From NCBI RefSeq assembly GCF_900167395.1, contig NZ_FUWK01000015.1:18285-50284 (forward strand): a stretch of 32,000 bases of DNA. The letters are read 5' to 3'. The DNA comes from Nitrosomonas europaea (lineage in GTDB: Bacteria; Pseudomonadota; Gammaproteobacteria; Burkholderiales; Nitrosomonadaceae). The notes beneath the pieces are model-generated. The model did not search any database and was not told the origin of the DNA. It saw only the letters and a list, made by a program, of their open reading frames with translations. This document shows, one piece after another, positions 11,402 to 20,025 of this stretch. Positions within the stretch are counted from its first letter, which is position 1, and the number at the start of each line of letters is the position of its first letter. Both the position numbers and the translations under genes were made by a program.

Positions 11402-11498
11402 GATCGAAGAAAAGAGGTCTTTGTTCGTCCTGTGTTTTTATCCAACGTGGTCCCCGCAGAACTGTAACAATCCAGAATTGAATCGGCTCACTCAATCA

Positions 11499-11527
11499 TT
11501 AATATACCTGTAACGCTTCAGGCGTAA
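11499..11527 (-). promoter_or_regulatory. Candidate sigma70-type promoter for the nqr operon (TTACGC-N17-TATTAA on the minus strand)
   Basis: On the minus strand, -35 TTACGC lies at 11527-11522 and -10 TATTAA at 11504-11499, with a 17-nt spacer, about 95 nt upstream of the nqrA ATG. This is a pattern match only. Confidence 0.25.
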
Positions 11528-11738
11528 CGATAATCCTCCGTCATGACAAACGCTGGGGGGTGAAGCCATCCGAGATGGAACTGACAGGACGCACAGGATA
11601 ACCATCACACCTACCGTCACGGTATTTTCTGGATTGCCACACCACTCACGCGACTAGCAACGACCAGGATGGCCAGGGACAACGATTGCGATAATTTCTC
11701 TACTCGCCATTACTGATTCGATGCGTGGTATTTCATTT

Positions 11739-11768
11739 CAGATCTGCCTGTCTGCACAGGCAGATCTG
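11739..11768. repeat. Perfect hairpin or inverted repeat, 13-bp stem and 4-nt loop (CAGATCTGCCTGT ctgc ACAGGCAGATCTG)
   Basis: Read directly from the sequence. No U/T tract follows on either strand. Confidence 0.9.
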
Positions 11769-11834
11769 TACAAGCAGATAAACAGACTAAACCGAAAATG
11801 GTTTAGTGACGTAATCATTCCTGGCATCTCGCCA

Positions 11835-11858
11835 GATGCATGGAATATTCCATGCATC
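11835..11858. repeat. Perfect 24-bp palindrome GATGCATGGAAT|ATTCCATGCATC
   Basis: Read directly. The sequence equals its own reverse complement. It lies 51 bp downstream of the CBS-gene stop and about 435 bp upstream of nqrA. Confidence 0.9.
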
Positions 11859-11908
11859 ATATTAGCTCAATAACCACCCCTTTTAATAACGCGGGAAGAT
11901 TTTTCCTG

Positions 11909-12349
11909 TCAAATTTCCCGCGTATCGTAAATGTAGCGTTCAAGCTGATTAATGACGAACTGGTGCTGCGAAATAGCATCCTTCACTAAATCCCCTATTG
12001 AAAGCAGACCGATAACCTTGCCATCATCCAGAACAGGTAAATGCCGGACACGCATTTCTGTTATCAGGGCCATGCAATCCTCATTGGTATTGTTCAGATC
12101 GACGTAAGCCACCTGACGGGTCATGATTTCCTTCACCTGTGTATCCTTCACCGGCTTATCCAGCAGATACGATTTTCTGGAAAAATCACGCTCTGTAAGA
12201 ATACCGACGAGTTTCTCATCTTTCATGACCAGCAATGCACCGATATTATCGGCTGCCATTTTCTGCATGGCGTTAAATACTGAATCATCCGGACCAATGG
12301 CAACTACAGTATGCCCCTTTTCCTGTAGCAAATGTTTGACAGTTTTCAT
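11909..12349 (-). CDS. CBS-pair domain protein (about 146 aa)
   Basis: Two CBS repeats are visible (VVAIGPDDSVFNAMQKMAADNIGALLVM and AYVDLNNTNEDCMALITEMRVRHLPVLDDGKVIGLLSIGD). The preferred start is ATG 12349 (MKTVKHLL), preceded by AAAGGAAATCACC. The track ORF starts at 12373. Confidence 0.88.
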   Translation of the reverse strand: MKTVKHLLQEKGHTVVAIGPDDSVFNAMQKMAADNIGALLVMKDEKLVGILTERDFSRKSYLLDKPVKDTQVKEIMTRQVAYVDLNNTNEDCMALITEMRVRHLPVLDDGKVIGLLSIGDLVKDAISQHQFVINQLERYIYDTREI

Positions 12350-12443
12350 GGTGATTTCCTTTCTTGTTAACAAATCAGTTTGCTCAACTATGGTAGCGCT
12401 TTACCGGCGCAAAGCAAACCAGGACGCTACAGATAGCTTTATG

Positions 12444-12485
12444 AAACTAAACAACCACCGGCTAAAGCCGGTGGTTGTTTAGTTT
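12444..12485 (-). terminator. Strong hairpin, 19-bp stem and 4-nt loop; likely intrinsic terminator after the J-domain gene
   Basis: AAACTAAACAACCACCGGC taaa GCCGGTGGTTGTTTAGTTT. The stem ends in TTT on both strands. It begins 63 bp downstream of the 12548 stop. Confidence 0.7.
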
Positions 12486-12547
12486 GGTCTCATTATTGAA
12501 AAATCAAATTTGCCGTCCCGGCATTTGAGGTATGCCCGGATGGGTGT

Positions 12548-13747
12548 TCAGCGCTTACGTCGGCGGGGAGGTGGCGCAGAAAAACTGCTCAGTAAATCAC
12601 CCAACATTTGCAACCCATCATCAAACTCGTCAAACCCATCATTCACCTGATAGTGCTTAATAAAGGTCGCGAGCTGTTTGGCATCCTGGAAAGCGATGAG
12701 ATCAATATCAGCTTGCCGCAGATCCATTTCCAGCCGCGTGATTTCAGCATCCATTGCCTTGTCAACATGAGTCGGCCTGATCTTTTGTGTATAAGGCACC
12801 AGCTTCCAGTAGGGCATCAATAACGACGCAAGCTCCGCCTTGAGTTCCGCCAGTTGCTCACGCAGTACCTGAATGTAATGTTCAATACGTTCATCAGGCA
12901 GGTTGGTGAGGTAATTGGTATCAATCTGTTCGATTTCGAGCTGGATATTCAGCAGCTCAAGCAAATCGCTCCGATCATAAGCCTGGTTGACGCGCTGCAT
13001 CAGGGTGGTTTTCTCATCCGCCGTCAGATCGGTGCTTGCGCGATCAGGATGCAGGCTACTGGCCAGTTTGCGATAAATTTCACGCACGGACTGGCTGATT
13101 TCTTTTTTTGCTGCCGCACGTTTCTCCTCAGCGGCCGCCTGTTTGGCTGATTTACGGCGGCGTGAGCCTGATCCGGCTTTATTTTTGGCTTCTTCTTCCT
13201 GCCGTTGGCGCATGGCTTTTGCCAGCATTTCCTCCATGCTGACATCCGCATTGTCATCGTCCAGACGCACACCAAACAGTTCTTCGATCACATCCTGCGA
13301 AATGGTCTTATCAATCCCGGCCTGATCGTCATAACTGGGATCGCTATATTTGTCATACAGCGCCACGATTTCCTCATCGCGCTGCTCAAGCAACAACTCA
13401 TGCGCCAGGTTGAGAATGATGTCGCACAACTTTGCGCGCTGTTGCTTGCCACGAATGACATTGCGCTGATGAAATTGCGTGTCAAGCAGATGCAGCATGG
13501 CGATGCGTTTTTCGCGCAGTTGTGCAAACAGGGGCATCAGTTCGCTGCCCACGCGCTGACCGTAGCGTTCGCTATAAGTGTGCCACTCCGCAACCTGAGC
13601 TCGTTGCTCGTCAATTTGCCGGATCAGGCGCTGGAAAGTTGCCTGTTGCTTGGTTTGTGGTTTTGCGTGCGTCAGAACATCGGTAATGGTGAGTTCACTG
13701 CTATTGACGGGATCGGATAGTGATTCTTGCCGAGGGCTACGAGACAT
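12548..13747 (-). CDS. Orphan J-domain protein (internal J-like segment with HPD, flanked by long helical regions)
   Basis: REIYRKLASSLHPDRAS...LMQRVNQAYDRSDLLELL is a J-domain helix II-HPD-helix III pattern, placed around residues 220-270 of 399. The N-terminal region is basic and coiled, a Lys/Arg/Glu-rich linker precedes the J segment, and the C-terminus ends PPPRRRKR. There is no Gly/Phe or zinc-finger region as in DnaJ. Confidence 0.75.
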   Translation of the reverse strand: MSRSPRQESLSDPVNSSELTITDVLTHAKPQTKQQATFQRLIRQIDEQRAQVAEWHTYSERYGQRVGSELMPLFAQLREKRIAMLHLLDTQFHQRNVIRGKQQRAKLCDIILNLAHELLLEQRDEEIVALYDKYSDPSYDDQAGIDKTISQDVIEELFGVRLDDDNADVSMEEMLAKAMRQRQEEEAKNKAGSGSRRRKSAKQAAAEEKRAAAKKEISQSVREIYRKLASSLHPDRASTDLTADEKTTLMQRVNQAYDRSDLLELLNIQLEIEQIDTNYLTNLPDERIEHYIQVLREQLAELKAELASLLMPYWKLVPYTQKIRPTHVDKAMDAEITRLEMDLRQADIDLIAFQDAKQLATFIKHYQVNDGFDEFDDGLQMLGDLLSSFSAPPPRRRKR

Positions 13748-13843
13748 AGCGGAAATTCCAGAATGTAAAAAACAGAAAAACTCGCAGTTACAATCGTATT
13801 CATCTATTTACCAGCATTTTCCTGAAAAATAAATCAATCCTTT

Positions 13844-15025
13844 TTAGGAAATGCTGTTTCTTCTTCGTTCAAGTGCGCTGCGAATGCTCTCCAGCGCCTG
13901 CCTGATACGGTGTCGGGGCGCACCGATGTTCATACGCATGAAACCGCTGCCTTCCTTGCCAAACGAGATGCCGGGGTTCATACCGATCCCCGCCTCGAAA
14001 ATGAAGAAATGTTTGATTTCATCGTCACTCATGTCCAACCTGCGACAATCCAGCCACAACAGGTAGGTACCCTGTGAAAGAATCAGCCGAATCTCCGGCA
14101 GATATTCAGCCAGATATTGTCGTACCATTTCCCGCGTATCTGCGAGATAGGTCATCAGCGCTTCCAGCCATTCACCTCCGGCACGGTAAGCTGCTTCAAA
14201 CGCCACTACGCTGAACGGATTGGCGGCACTGACGTGCATCATTTCCAGCCGGTCACGAATAGCTGCCCGATACGCCGGATCGGGAACAATCAAAGCAGAT
14301 AAATTAAGTCCGGGGATGTTGAACGTTTTACTCGGTGCGACAGCAGTAATAATTGATTCTGGAGAACCGGCCAGGCTGGCGAGGATATGATGCTTGTTAC
14401 CGGGGTAAATCAGGTCAGCGTGAATTTCATCGGATACGATGATGAGTCGATGTTGTCTGGCAATATCCAGCAACCTCTCCAGTTCCGGTCTGCTCCACAC
14501 CCGGCCAACCGGATTATGTGGTGAACAGAACAGCAGCATGCGCGCAGAAACCGCCTGCTGTGAAAGATCAGCAAAATCCATCCGATAGCTTCCTTCCACC
14601 AGTTGCAATGCACTGGTCAGAAGTTTTCTACCTGTCTTTTTGATCACCGAGAAGAACGGATAATATACCGGCGGCTGAACGATGACAGATTCATCTGGCC
14701 CACTCAGCGCAAGAATTACCGTGCTCAGTGAAGGGACTACCCCGGGACAAAGGACGATCCACTCCCGCTCTACTTTCCAGCCATGACGCAATTTCAGCCA
14801 GTTGATCAACGCTTCATACAGACTGTCAGGAAAAAGCGTATAGCCGTAAACCGGGTGGGCAGCGCGTGCGACCAGTGCTTCAGTCACTGCTGCCGGAGCA
14901 GCAAAATCCATATCCGCCACCCACAACGGCATGACATCCGGATGACCGAACGTTGCCTGACGGCCGTCATATTTCGTACTGCATGTCCCGGTACGATCGA
15001 TTTCGCGGTCGAAATCGACGCTCAA
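13844..15025 (-). CDS. ovoB: PLP-dependent C-S lyase of the MalY/PatB family; by context the ovothiol sulfoxide lyase OvoB
   Basis: FDREIDRTGTCSTKYD...PLWVADMDFAAP parallels the MalY N-terminus. PLP lysine sits in APSKTFNIPGL, and SPHNPVGRVW is present. The start is TTG 15025, overlapping the ovoA TGA. The CDS call is firm. The OvoB assignment rests on family plus adjacency. Confidence 0.8.
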   Translation of the reverse strand: MSVDFDREIDRTGTCSTKYDGRQATFGHPDVMPLWVADMDFAAPAAVTEALVARAAHPVYGYTLFPDSLYEALINWLKLRHGWKVEREWIVLCPGVVPSLSTVILALSGPDESVIVQPPVYYPFFSVIKKTGRKLLTSALQLVEGSYRMDFADLSQQAVSARMLLFCSPHNPVGRVWSRPELERLLDIARQHRLIIVSDEIHADLIYPGNKHHILASLAGSPESIITAVAPSKTFNIPGLNLSALIVPDPAYRAAIRDRLEMMHVSAANPFSVVAFEAAYRAGGEWLEALMTYLADTREMVRQYLAEYLPEIRLILSQGTYLLWLDCRRLDMSDDEIKHFFIFEAGIGMNPGISFGKEGSGFMRMNIGAPRHRIRQALESIRSALERRRNSIS

Positions 15026-17151
15026 ACAACTCTCTCCCAGATTGTCACTTCCGACAAGGTATGTTGAAATTTATGCCGGGTTTCACGAATCACGAAAGGC
15101 ACTTCACATGGCGCTCCAATCAGCCGGAAATGTTTACCCAGTATTTCTTTCAAGCCGTCCAGCGTAGTAAAATTTTCACCATCCCGTTTGAAACCGCCAA
15201 TCCAGTGTTCCCGTTTGGTATGTTCTTCCAGCCATGTATAAGGCGATGCAATCAGCAGCATCCCCCCCGGATTCAGCCGCTCATGCACCATGGTCAGGAA
15301 TTTGGCAGGTTCATACAAACGGTCGATCAGGTTGACTGCCAGAATCAGATCGTAACCTGTCAGTATCGGTTTGAGATTACAGGCATCCCCCTGGAAAAAC
15401 TCGACCTTGTGCCTGACACTCTCCAGATTCAGTCCGGCAAGTGTACGTTCCCGGTAGGAAACCAGCTCTCCCTCATCCACGAGGGTATAACGCAGGATGC
15501 CATGTTCCGCCAGTGCCACGCCCTGGTTGATGAAACGCGCAGAAAAATCGACACCGGTGACATGATCGAAATGTCGTGCCAGTTCGAACGTTGCACGCCC
15601 GGAAGCACACCCCAGATCGAGCGCCCTGCGTGCCGGACGGCCGCTCATCGCAGCAATGGCCAACTCGGCCAGTGCCACCGAGAAATTGGGCACCCCGAAA
15701 TAGGTATCACCATAGTGAAATTCGGCATACTCCGACAACAGTTTGTCAGTTTCATAATGTGAACTGTGGTGGGTGGCAGGCATATCGGAAATCACATAAC
15801 GGAATCCGGCATGCTGAAAAAAATGCCTGCGGAAAGCGTAGCGTGACACCCAGATGGATTCATTGCCGCACGCGACCCACGATCCTCCTTTGAGGAGATT
15901 GTGCCGATCGTCAAAAGTGGGGGTCGTAAAATCATCGTACAACGGATGCACTTCAAAACCGGTAAAAGGATAGGTGGGTGTTTCCGTCCACTGCCAGACG
16001 TTACCCACGATGTCGAAAAATTCACCCTGCTGAAATTCATCCACCGGACAACTGGAAGCATAGTGATCGAGATGAATGTTACCTTTTGCCGGTTCCGTAT
16101 GCGGTACCTCGGTCAGCCCTGCGACATCATACAAACGGTACCACTCGTCTTCGGTCAGCAAACGCACCGGCTGCCCGGTTGTTTTCTGCTTCCAGTTACA
16201 GAATGCCTTGGCCTCATGGTAATTGACTTCCACCGGCCAGTTCCAGGGCATGGGTACTTCCTCTGTCATCAGGCGCAAGCGCCACTGGTCACCTTCCCGT
16301 ATCCAGAAAGTCGGACACGCAGCCCCACTGAACTGCCGCCACGCCAGCCCTTCTTCTTCCCAGTAATCATTCGTTTCGTACCCTCGTGCTTCCACGAAAC
16401 CAAGAAATTCCTGATTGCTTACCAGATAACGGCTGGCCTGGAAGGCAGAAAGCTCAGCCTCATGGTGACCATATTCGTTATCCCATCCGTAAACAGGATC
16501 TGCCTTGTCTTTACCCAGAACCACTTTCCCCGCCGGAACCAGGATCATCTCGTTCTCCGGTGCATTTCCGCTGTTACGACAGGGTTGCCAGGCGGGATGA
16601 GACTGTACATATTTGAGTTTATGCTGGCGGATCAATACGGAAGAAGTTTCAAGATGGATACGTTCGTGTTCCACACCCATCACGATCGCCCACCACGGAC
16701 TTTCCCATGAAATGGGCAAAGTCAGCGGCAAGGAGCTGATCAGCGCATCCACCTTGTCACGCATGGCGCGGCGGTAAGCCATCACCTCCTCAACCGTCGG
16801 CCAGTCATAGTGAGCTGTATTCAGATCATCCCAACTCATTTCATCCACACCCACCGCAAATATGGATTCCAGCCTCGGGTTGATACGCTCTGCCAGTACT
16901 CCGGCCAACACCAGTTTGTTGACAAAAAAAGTAGCGGTATGTCCCAGATAAAAAATCAGGGGATGACGCAATGAAATCGGCCTGTCGTAATAGGCCTCGT
17001 CACCGCGCAAAGTCTCGAACAGCTGCTCGTACTTGTCCAGGGTAGTGTGAAAATAGGCCCGCAACTCTGTACGTTTGGCTTCGATATCTTCGCCATTCAA
17101 CCATGGCGTCCTTTGGAAAAGTTCAGGTTTGGAAGACATAAAACGACTCAA
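15022..17151 (-). CDS. ovoA: 5-histidylcysteine sulfoxide synthase / methyltransferase OvoA (709 aa, three modules)
   Basis: DinB-like N-terminal module with iron motif GVEHERIHLE (H-x3-H-x-E). FGE-sulfatase-like core (GNVWQWTETP, LLKGGSWV). C-terminal SAM methyltransferase (ALDLGCASGRATFELA, GGMLLIASPYTW). Confidence 0.9.
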   Translation of the reverse strand: MSRFMSSKPELFQRTPWLNGEDIEAKRTELRAYFHTTLDKYEQLFETLRGDEAYYDRPISLRHPLIFYLGHTATFFVNKLVLAGVLAERINPRLESIFAVGVDEMSWDDLNTAHYDWPTVEEVMAYRRAMRDKVDALISSLPLTLPISWESPWWAIVMGVEHERIHLETSSVLIRQHKLKYVQSHPAWQPCRNSGNAPENEMILVPAGKVVLGKDKADPVYGWDNEYGHHEAELSAFQASRYLVSNQEFLGFVEARGYETNDYWEEEGLAWRQFSGAACPTFWIREGDQWRLRLMTEEVPMPWNWPVEVNYHEAKAFCNWKQKTTGQPVRLLTEDEWYRLYDVAGLTEVPHTEPAKGNIHLDHYASSCPVDEFQQGEFFDIVGNVWQWTETPTYPFTGFEVHPLYDDFTTPTFDDRHNLLKGGSWVACGNESIWVSRYAFRRHFFQHAGFRYVISDMPATHHSSHYETDKLLSEYAEFHYGDTYFGVPNFSVALAELAIAAMSGRPARRALDLGCASGRATFELARHFDHVTGVDFSARFINQGVALAEHGILRYTLVDEGELVSYRERTLAGLNLESVRHKVEFFQGDACNLKPILTGYDLILAVNLIDRLYEPAKFLTMVHERLNPGGMLLIASPYTWLEEHTKREHWIGGFKRDGENFTTLDGLKEILGKHFRLIGAPCEVPFVIRETRHKFQHTLSEVTIWERVV

Positions 17152-17280
17152 GACAATAATCTTGCTGTATTTGGAAAGGGCCGATTATACCGCCACTCAC
17201 CGACTGGATCATTCTGTTAGACAAAACACATTATGCGGAACAAGATATTTTTGATTACAAAATCAAATCCTGCAGCCAGC

Positions 17281-17308
17281 TTGAAATTTCACGGTTACAT
17301 CATATAGT
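17281..17308 (+). promoter_or_regulatory. Candidate clpB promoter TTGAAA-N16-TATAGT
   Basis: -35 lies at 17281-17286 (CTTGAAA in context) and -10 TATAGT at 17303-17308. The AGGAG SD at 17336-17340 precedes ATG 17346. This is a pattern match only. Confidence 0.45.
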
Positions 17309-17345
17309 AGGGGCATTCCAACCTATTTTATTTTCAGGAGATGAT

Positions 17346-19937
17346 ATGCGGTTTGACAAATTCACCACCAAGTTTCAACAGGCACTCGCCGATGCGCAAA
17401 GCATGGCGCTGGGTCAGGATCATCCCTATATCGAACCGCAGCATCTGCTGCTCGCCCTGATGCAGCAGGATGACGGCAGCATCACTTCTCTGCTGCAGCG
17501 CGCCGGTGTGAATGCCCAACCATTGCGCCAAGCACTGACGCAAAGCCTCAAACTTCTGCCTAAAGTGGAAGGTACGGGCGGAGAAATCAATGTTTCCCGC
17601 GATCTGGCCAATCTGCTCAATCTGACGGACAAGGAAGCGCAGAAAAGAGGAGATCAGTACATCGCCTCGGAAATGTTCCTGCTGGCAGCGCTGGAAGACA
17701 AAGGAGAAACCGGACGATTGCTGAAACAATATGGAGCGACACGTGCTGCGCTGGAACAGGCGGTCGATTCCGTGCGTGGCGGAGAAAAGGTGACCGATGC
17801 CGAAGCAGAAGGCAGTCGTGAAGCATTGAAGAAATACACATTGGATCTGACTGAGCGTGCTCGGTCAGGCAAGCTCGATCCCGTGATCGGACGCGATGAT
17901 GAAATCCGGCGCACGATTCAGGTGCTGCAGCGGCGCACCAAAAATAACCCGGTCCTGATTGGCGAGCCCGGGGTCGGGAAAACGGCAATCGTGGAAGGAT
18001 TGGCACAGCGCATCGTCAACGGGGAAGTACCTGAAACACTGAAAAACAAGCGGGTGCTGTCACTGGATATGGCAGCGCTGCTGGCAGGTGCCAAATACCG
18101 CGGAGAATTCGAGGAACGATTGAAAGCCGTGCTGAAAGAATTGGCGCAGGATGAAGGCCGCACCATCGTGTTCATCGATGAACTGCATACGATGGTGGGA
18201 GCCGGCAAGGCGGAAGGTGCCATGGATGCGGGCAACATGCTCAAACCGGCGCTGGCACGCGGAGAACTGCACTGCGTAGGCGCAACCACACTGGATGAAT
18301 ATCGCAAATATGTTGAAAAGGACGCCGCACTGGAACGCCGTTTCCAGAAAGTGCTGGTGGATGAGCCCGGCGTTGAAGCAACGATTGCCATTCTGCGCGG
18401 TCTGCAGGAGAAATATGAATTGCACCACGGCGTGGAAATCACCGATCCGGCTATCGTGGCAGCAGCCGAACTCTCCCATCGCTATATCACTGACCGCTTT
18501 CTGCCGGACAAAGCCATCGATCTGATTGACGAAGCTGCAGCACGCATTCGCATGGAGCAGGATTCCAAACCGGAAGTCATGGATAAGCTCGACCGGCGTC
18601 TGATCCAGCTGAAAATCGAACGTGAGGCTGTCAGGAAAGAAAAGGATGATGCTTCTAAAAAACGCCTGGCATTGCTTGAAGAAGAAATCAGCAAACTGGA
18701 ACGGGAATATGCTGATCTGGATGAAATACTGAAAGCAGAGAAGTCCCGTGCAAAAGGCTCACAGGAAATCAAGGAAGAACTGGATAAACTACGCCGTGAA
18801 GAGGAAGCTGCCCGACGCAAGGGAGATCTGCAGAGAGCTTCTGAATTACTGTATGGCCGTATTCCGCAATTGGAAGCACAGCTTGCCGAACAGCTCCATC
18901 ACGCCGAATCGGCCGAGGAAGCTGTACAACCAAAGTTATTCCGTACCCAGGTAGGTGCCGAAGAAATCGCCGAAGTCGTTTCGCGTGCAACCGGCATTCC
19001 GGTTTCCAAGATGATGCAGGGTGAGCGTGAGAAATTGCTGTTCATGGAAGACAAGTTGCATGAACGTGTCATCGGCCAGGATGAAGCCGTCCGCCTGGTT
19101 TCCGATGCAATCCGCCGCTCACGCTCCGGGCTTGCTGATCCCAATCGCCCGTATGGGTCTTTCCTGTTTCTGGGGCCGACCGGGGTGGGCAAGACCGAGC
19201 TGTGCAAAGCACTGGCAGGATTTCTGTTCGATTCCGAGGAACACCTGATCCGGGTAGATATGTCCGAATTCATGGAGAAACATTCGGTCGCACGCCTGAT
19301 CGGTGCGCCACCGGGATATGTCGGCTATGAGGAGGGCGGTTATCTGACTGAACAGGTGCGGCGCAAACCCTATTCCGTCATTTTGCTCGATGAAGTGGAA
19401 AAAGCGCATCCGGATGTATTCAATGTCCTGCTGCAGGTGCTGGATGACGGACGGATGACGGATGGTCAGGGCCGTACCGTGGATTTCAAGAATACGGTTA
19501 TCGTCATGACTTCCAACCTGGGTTCACAAATGATCCAGCAAATGAGCGGAGACGATTACCAGGTCATCAAACTGGCAGTGATGGGAGAGGTTAAAACCTA
19601 TTTCCGGCCTGAATTCATCAATCGTATCGACGAAGTAGTCGTTTTCCATGCACTGGGTGAAGCGCATATCAAATCGATTGCCCGGATTCAGCTGAGCAAC
19701 CTGGGCAAAAGACTGGCACAAATGGAAATGAAACTGGTAGTTTCAGAACCGGCACTGACCAAACTGGCCGAAGTCGGGTTCGATCCGGTATTCGGTGCAC
19801 GGCCGCTGAAACGAGCCATTCAGGCTCAGATCGAAAATCCGTTGGCGAAAGAGCTGCTGGAAGGCCATTTTTCTGCCGGAGATACTATTCTGGTGGAATA
19901 CAGTAACGGCCACATGCAATTTACCGCACAACGTTAA
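17346..19937 (+). CDS. clpB: AAA+ disaggregase ClpB (863 aa)
   Basis: Two Walker A motifs ([13 protein letters not shown] and [13 protein letters not shown]), a long middle coiled coil, and a ClpB N-domain. The alignment to E. coli ClpB is unmistakable. Confidence 0.97.
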   Translation: MRFDKFTTKFQQALADAQSMALGQDHPYIEPQHLLLALMQQDDGSITSLLQRAGVNAQPLRQALTQSLKLLPKVEGTGGEINVSRDLANLLNLTDKEAQKRGDQYIASEMFLLAALEDKGETGRLLKQYGATRAALEQAVDSVRGGEKVTDAEAEGSREALKKYTLDLTERARSGKLDPVIGRDDEIRRTIQVLQRRTKNNPVLIGEPGVGKTAIVEGLAQRIVNGEVPETLKNKRVLSLDMAALLAGAKYRGEFEERLKAVLKELAQDEGRTIVFIDELHTMVGAGKAEGAMDAGNMLKPALARGELHCVGATTLDEYRKYVEKDAALERRFQKVLVDEPGVEATIAILRGLQEKYELHHGVEITDPAIVAAAELSHRYITDRFLPDKAIDLIDEAAARIRMEQDSKPEVMDKLDRRLIQLKIEREAVRKEKDDASKKRLALLEEEISKLEREYADLDEILKAEKSRAKGSQEIKEELDKLRREEEAARRKGDLQRASELLYGRIPQLEAQLAEQLHHAESAEEAVQPKLFRTQVGAEEIAEVVSRATGIPVSKMMQGEREKLLFMEDKLHERVIGQDEAVRLVSDAIRRSRSGLADPNRPYGSFLFLGPTGVGKTELCKALAGFLFDSEEHLIRVDMSEFMEKHSVARLIGAPPGYVGYEEGGYLTEQVRRKPYSVILLDEVEKAHPDVFNVLLQVLDDGRMTDGQGRTVDFKNTVIVMTSNLGSQMIQQMSGDDYQVIKLAVMGEVKTYFRPEFINRIDEVVVFHALGEAHIKSIARIQLSNLGKRLAQMEMKLVVSEPALTKLAEVGFDPVFGARPLKRAIQAQIENPLAKELLEGHFSAGDTILVEYSNGHMQFTAQR

Positions 19938-20025
19938 ACTGCCTCATGACCCATCGCTGAAGTTGGATGAAGGCAGGTGGTTTCGGGTAGAATAACGATC
20001 ATTGTTTTCAGATGGATAATATGCC

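Noticed and set aside
11253-11495. 80-aa minus-strand ORF overlapping the nqrA start
   Set aside because: It overlaps nqrA codons out of frame, has a Cys/Arg-rich implausible sequence, and shows no SD.
14953-16710. Two 269-aa + strand ORFs (14953..15762 and 15901..16710) antisense to ovoA. Similar long antisense ORFs lie at 1693..2334, 4085..4606, 6037..6756, 13205..13720, 22549..23277 and 27241..27822.
   Set aside because: Each lies entirely inside a confidently identified gene on the other strand. Their translations are Arg/Cys/His/Pro-skewed with no motifs, as expected for mirror frames of codon-biased genes. No SD or independent signal supports them.
17280-17310. Sigma32 heat-shock promoter reading of the clpB upstream region (CTTGAAA)
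   Set aside because: The -35 matches CTTGAAA, but no CCCCAT-like -10 occurs at the required 13-15 bp spacing. The best candidate, CATCATAT, is only 11 bp away. The TTGAAA-N16-TATAGT sigma70-type reading fits better. RpoH control is not excluded, but it is not supported by this sequence.
19938-20025. Imperfect hairpin (CTGCCTCAT...ATGAAGGCAG) after clpB as an intrinsic terminator
   Set aside because: The stem is bulged and the loop is about 20 nt, with no following T-tract. It is too weak to call.
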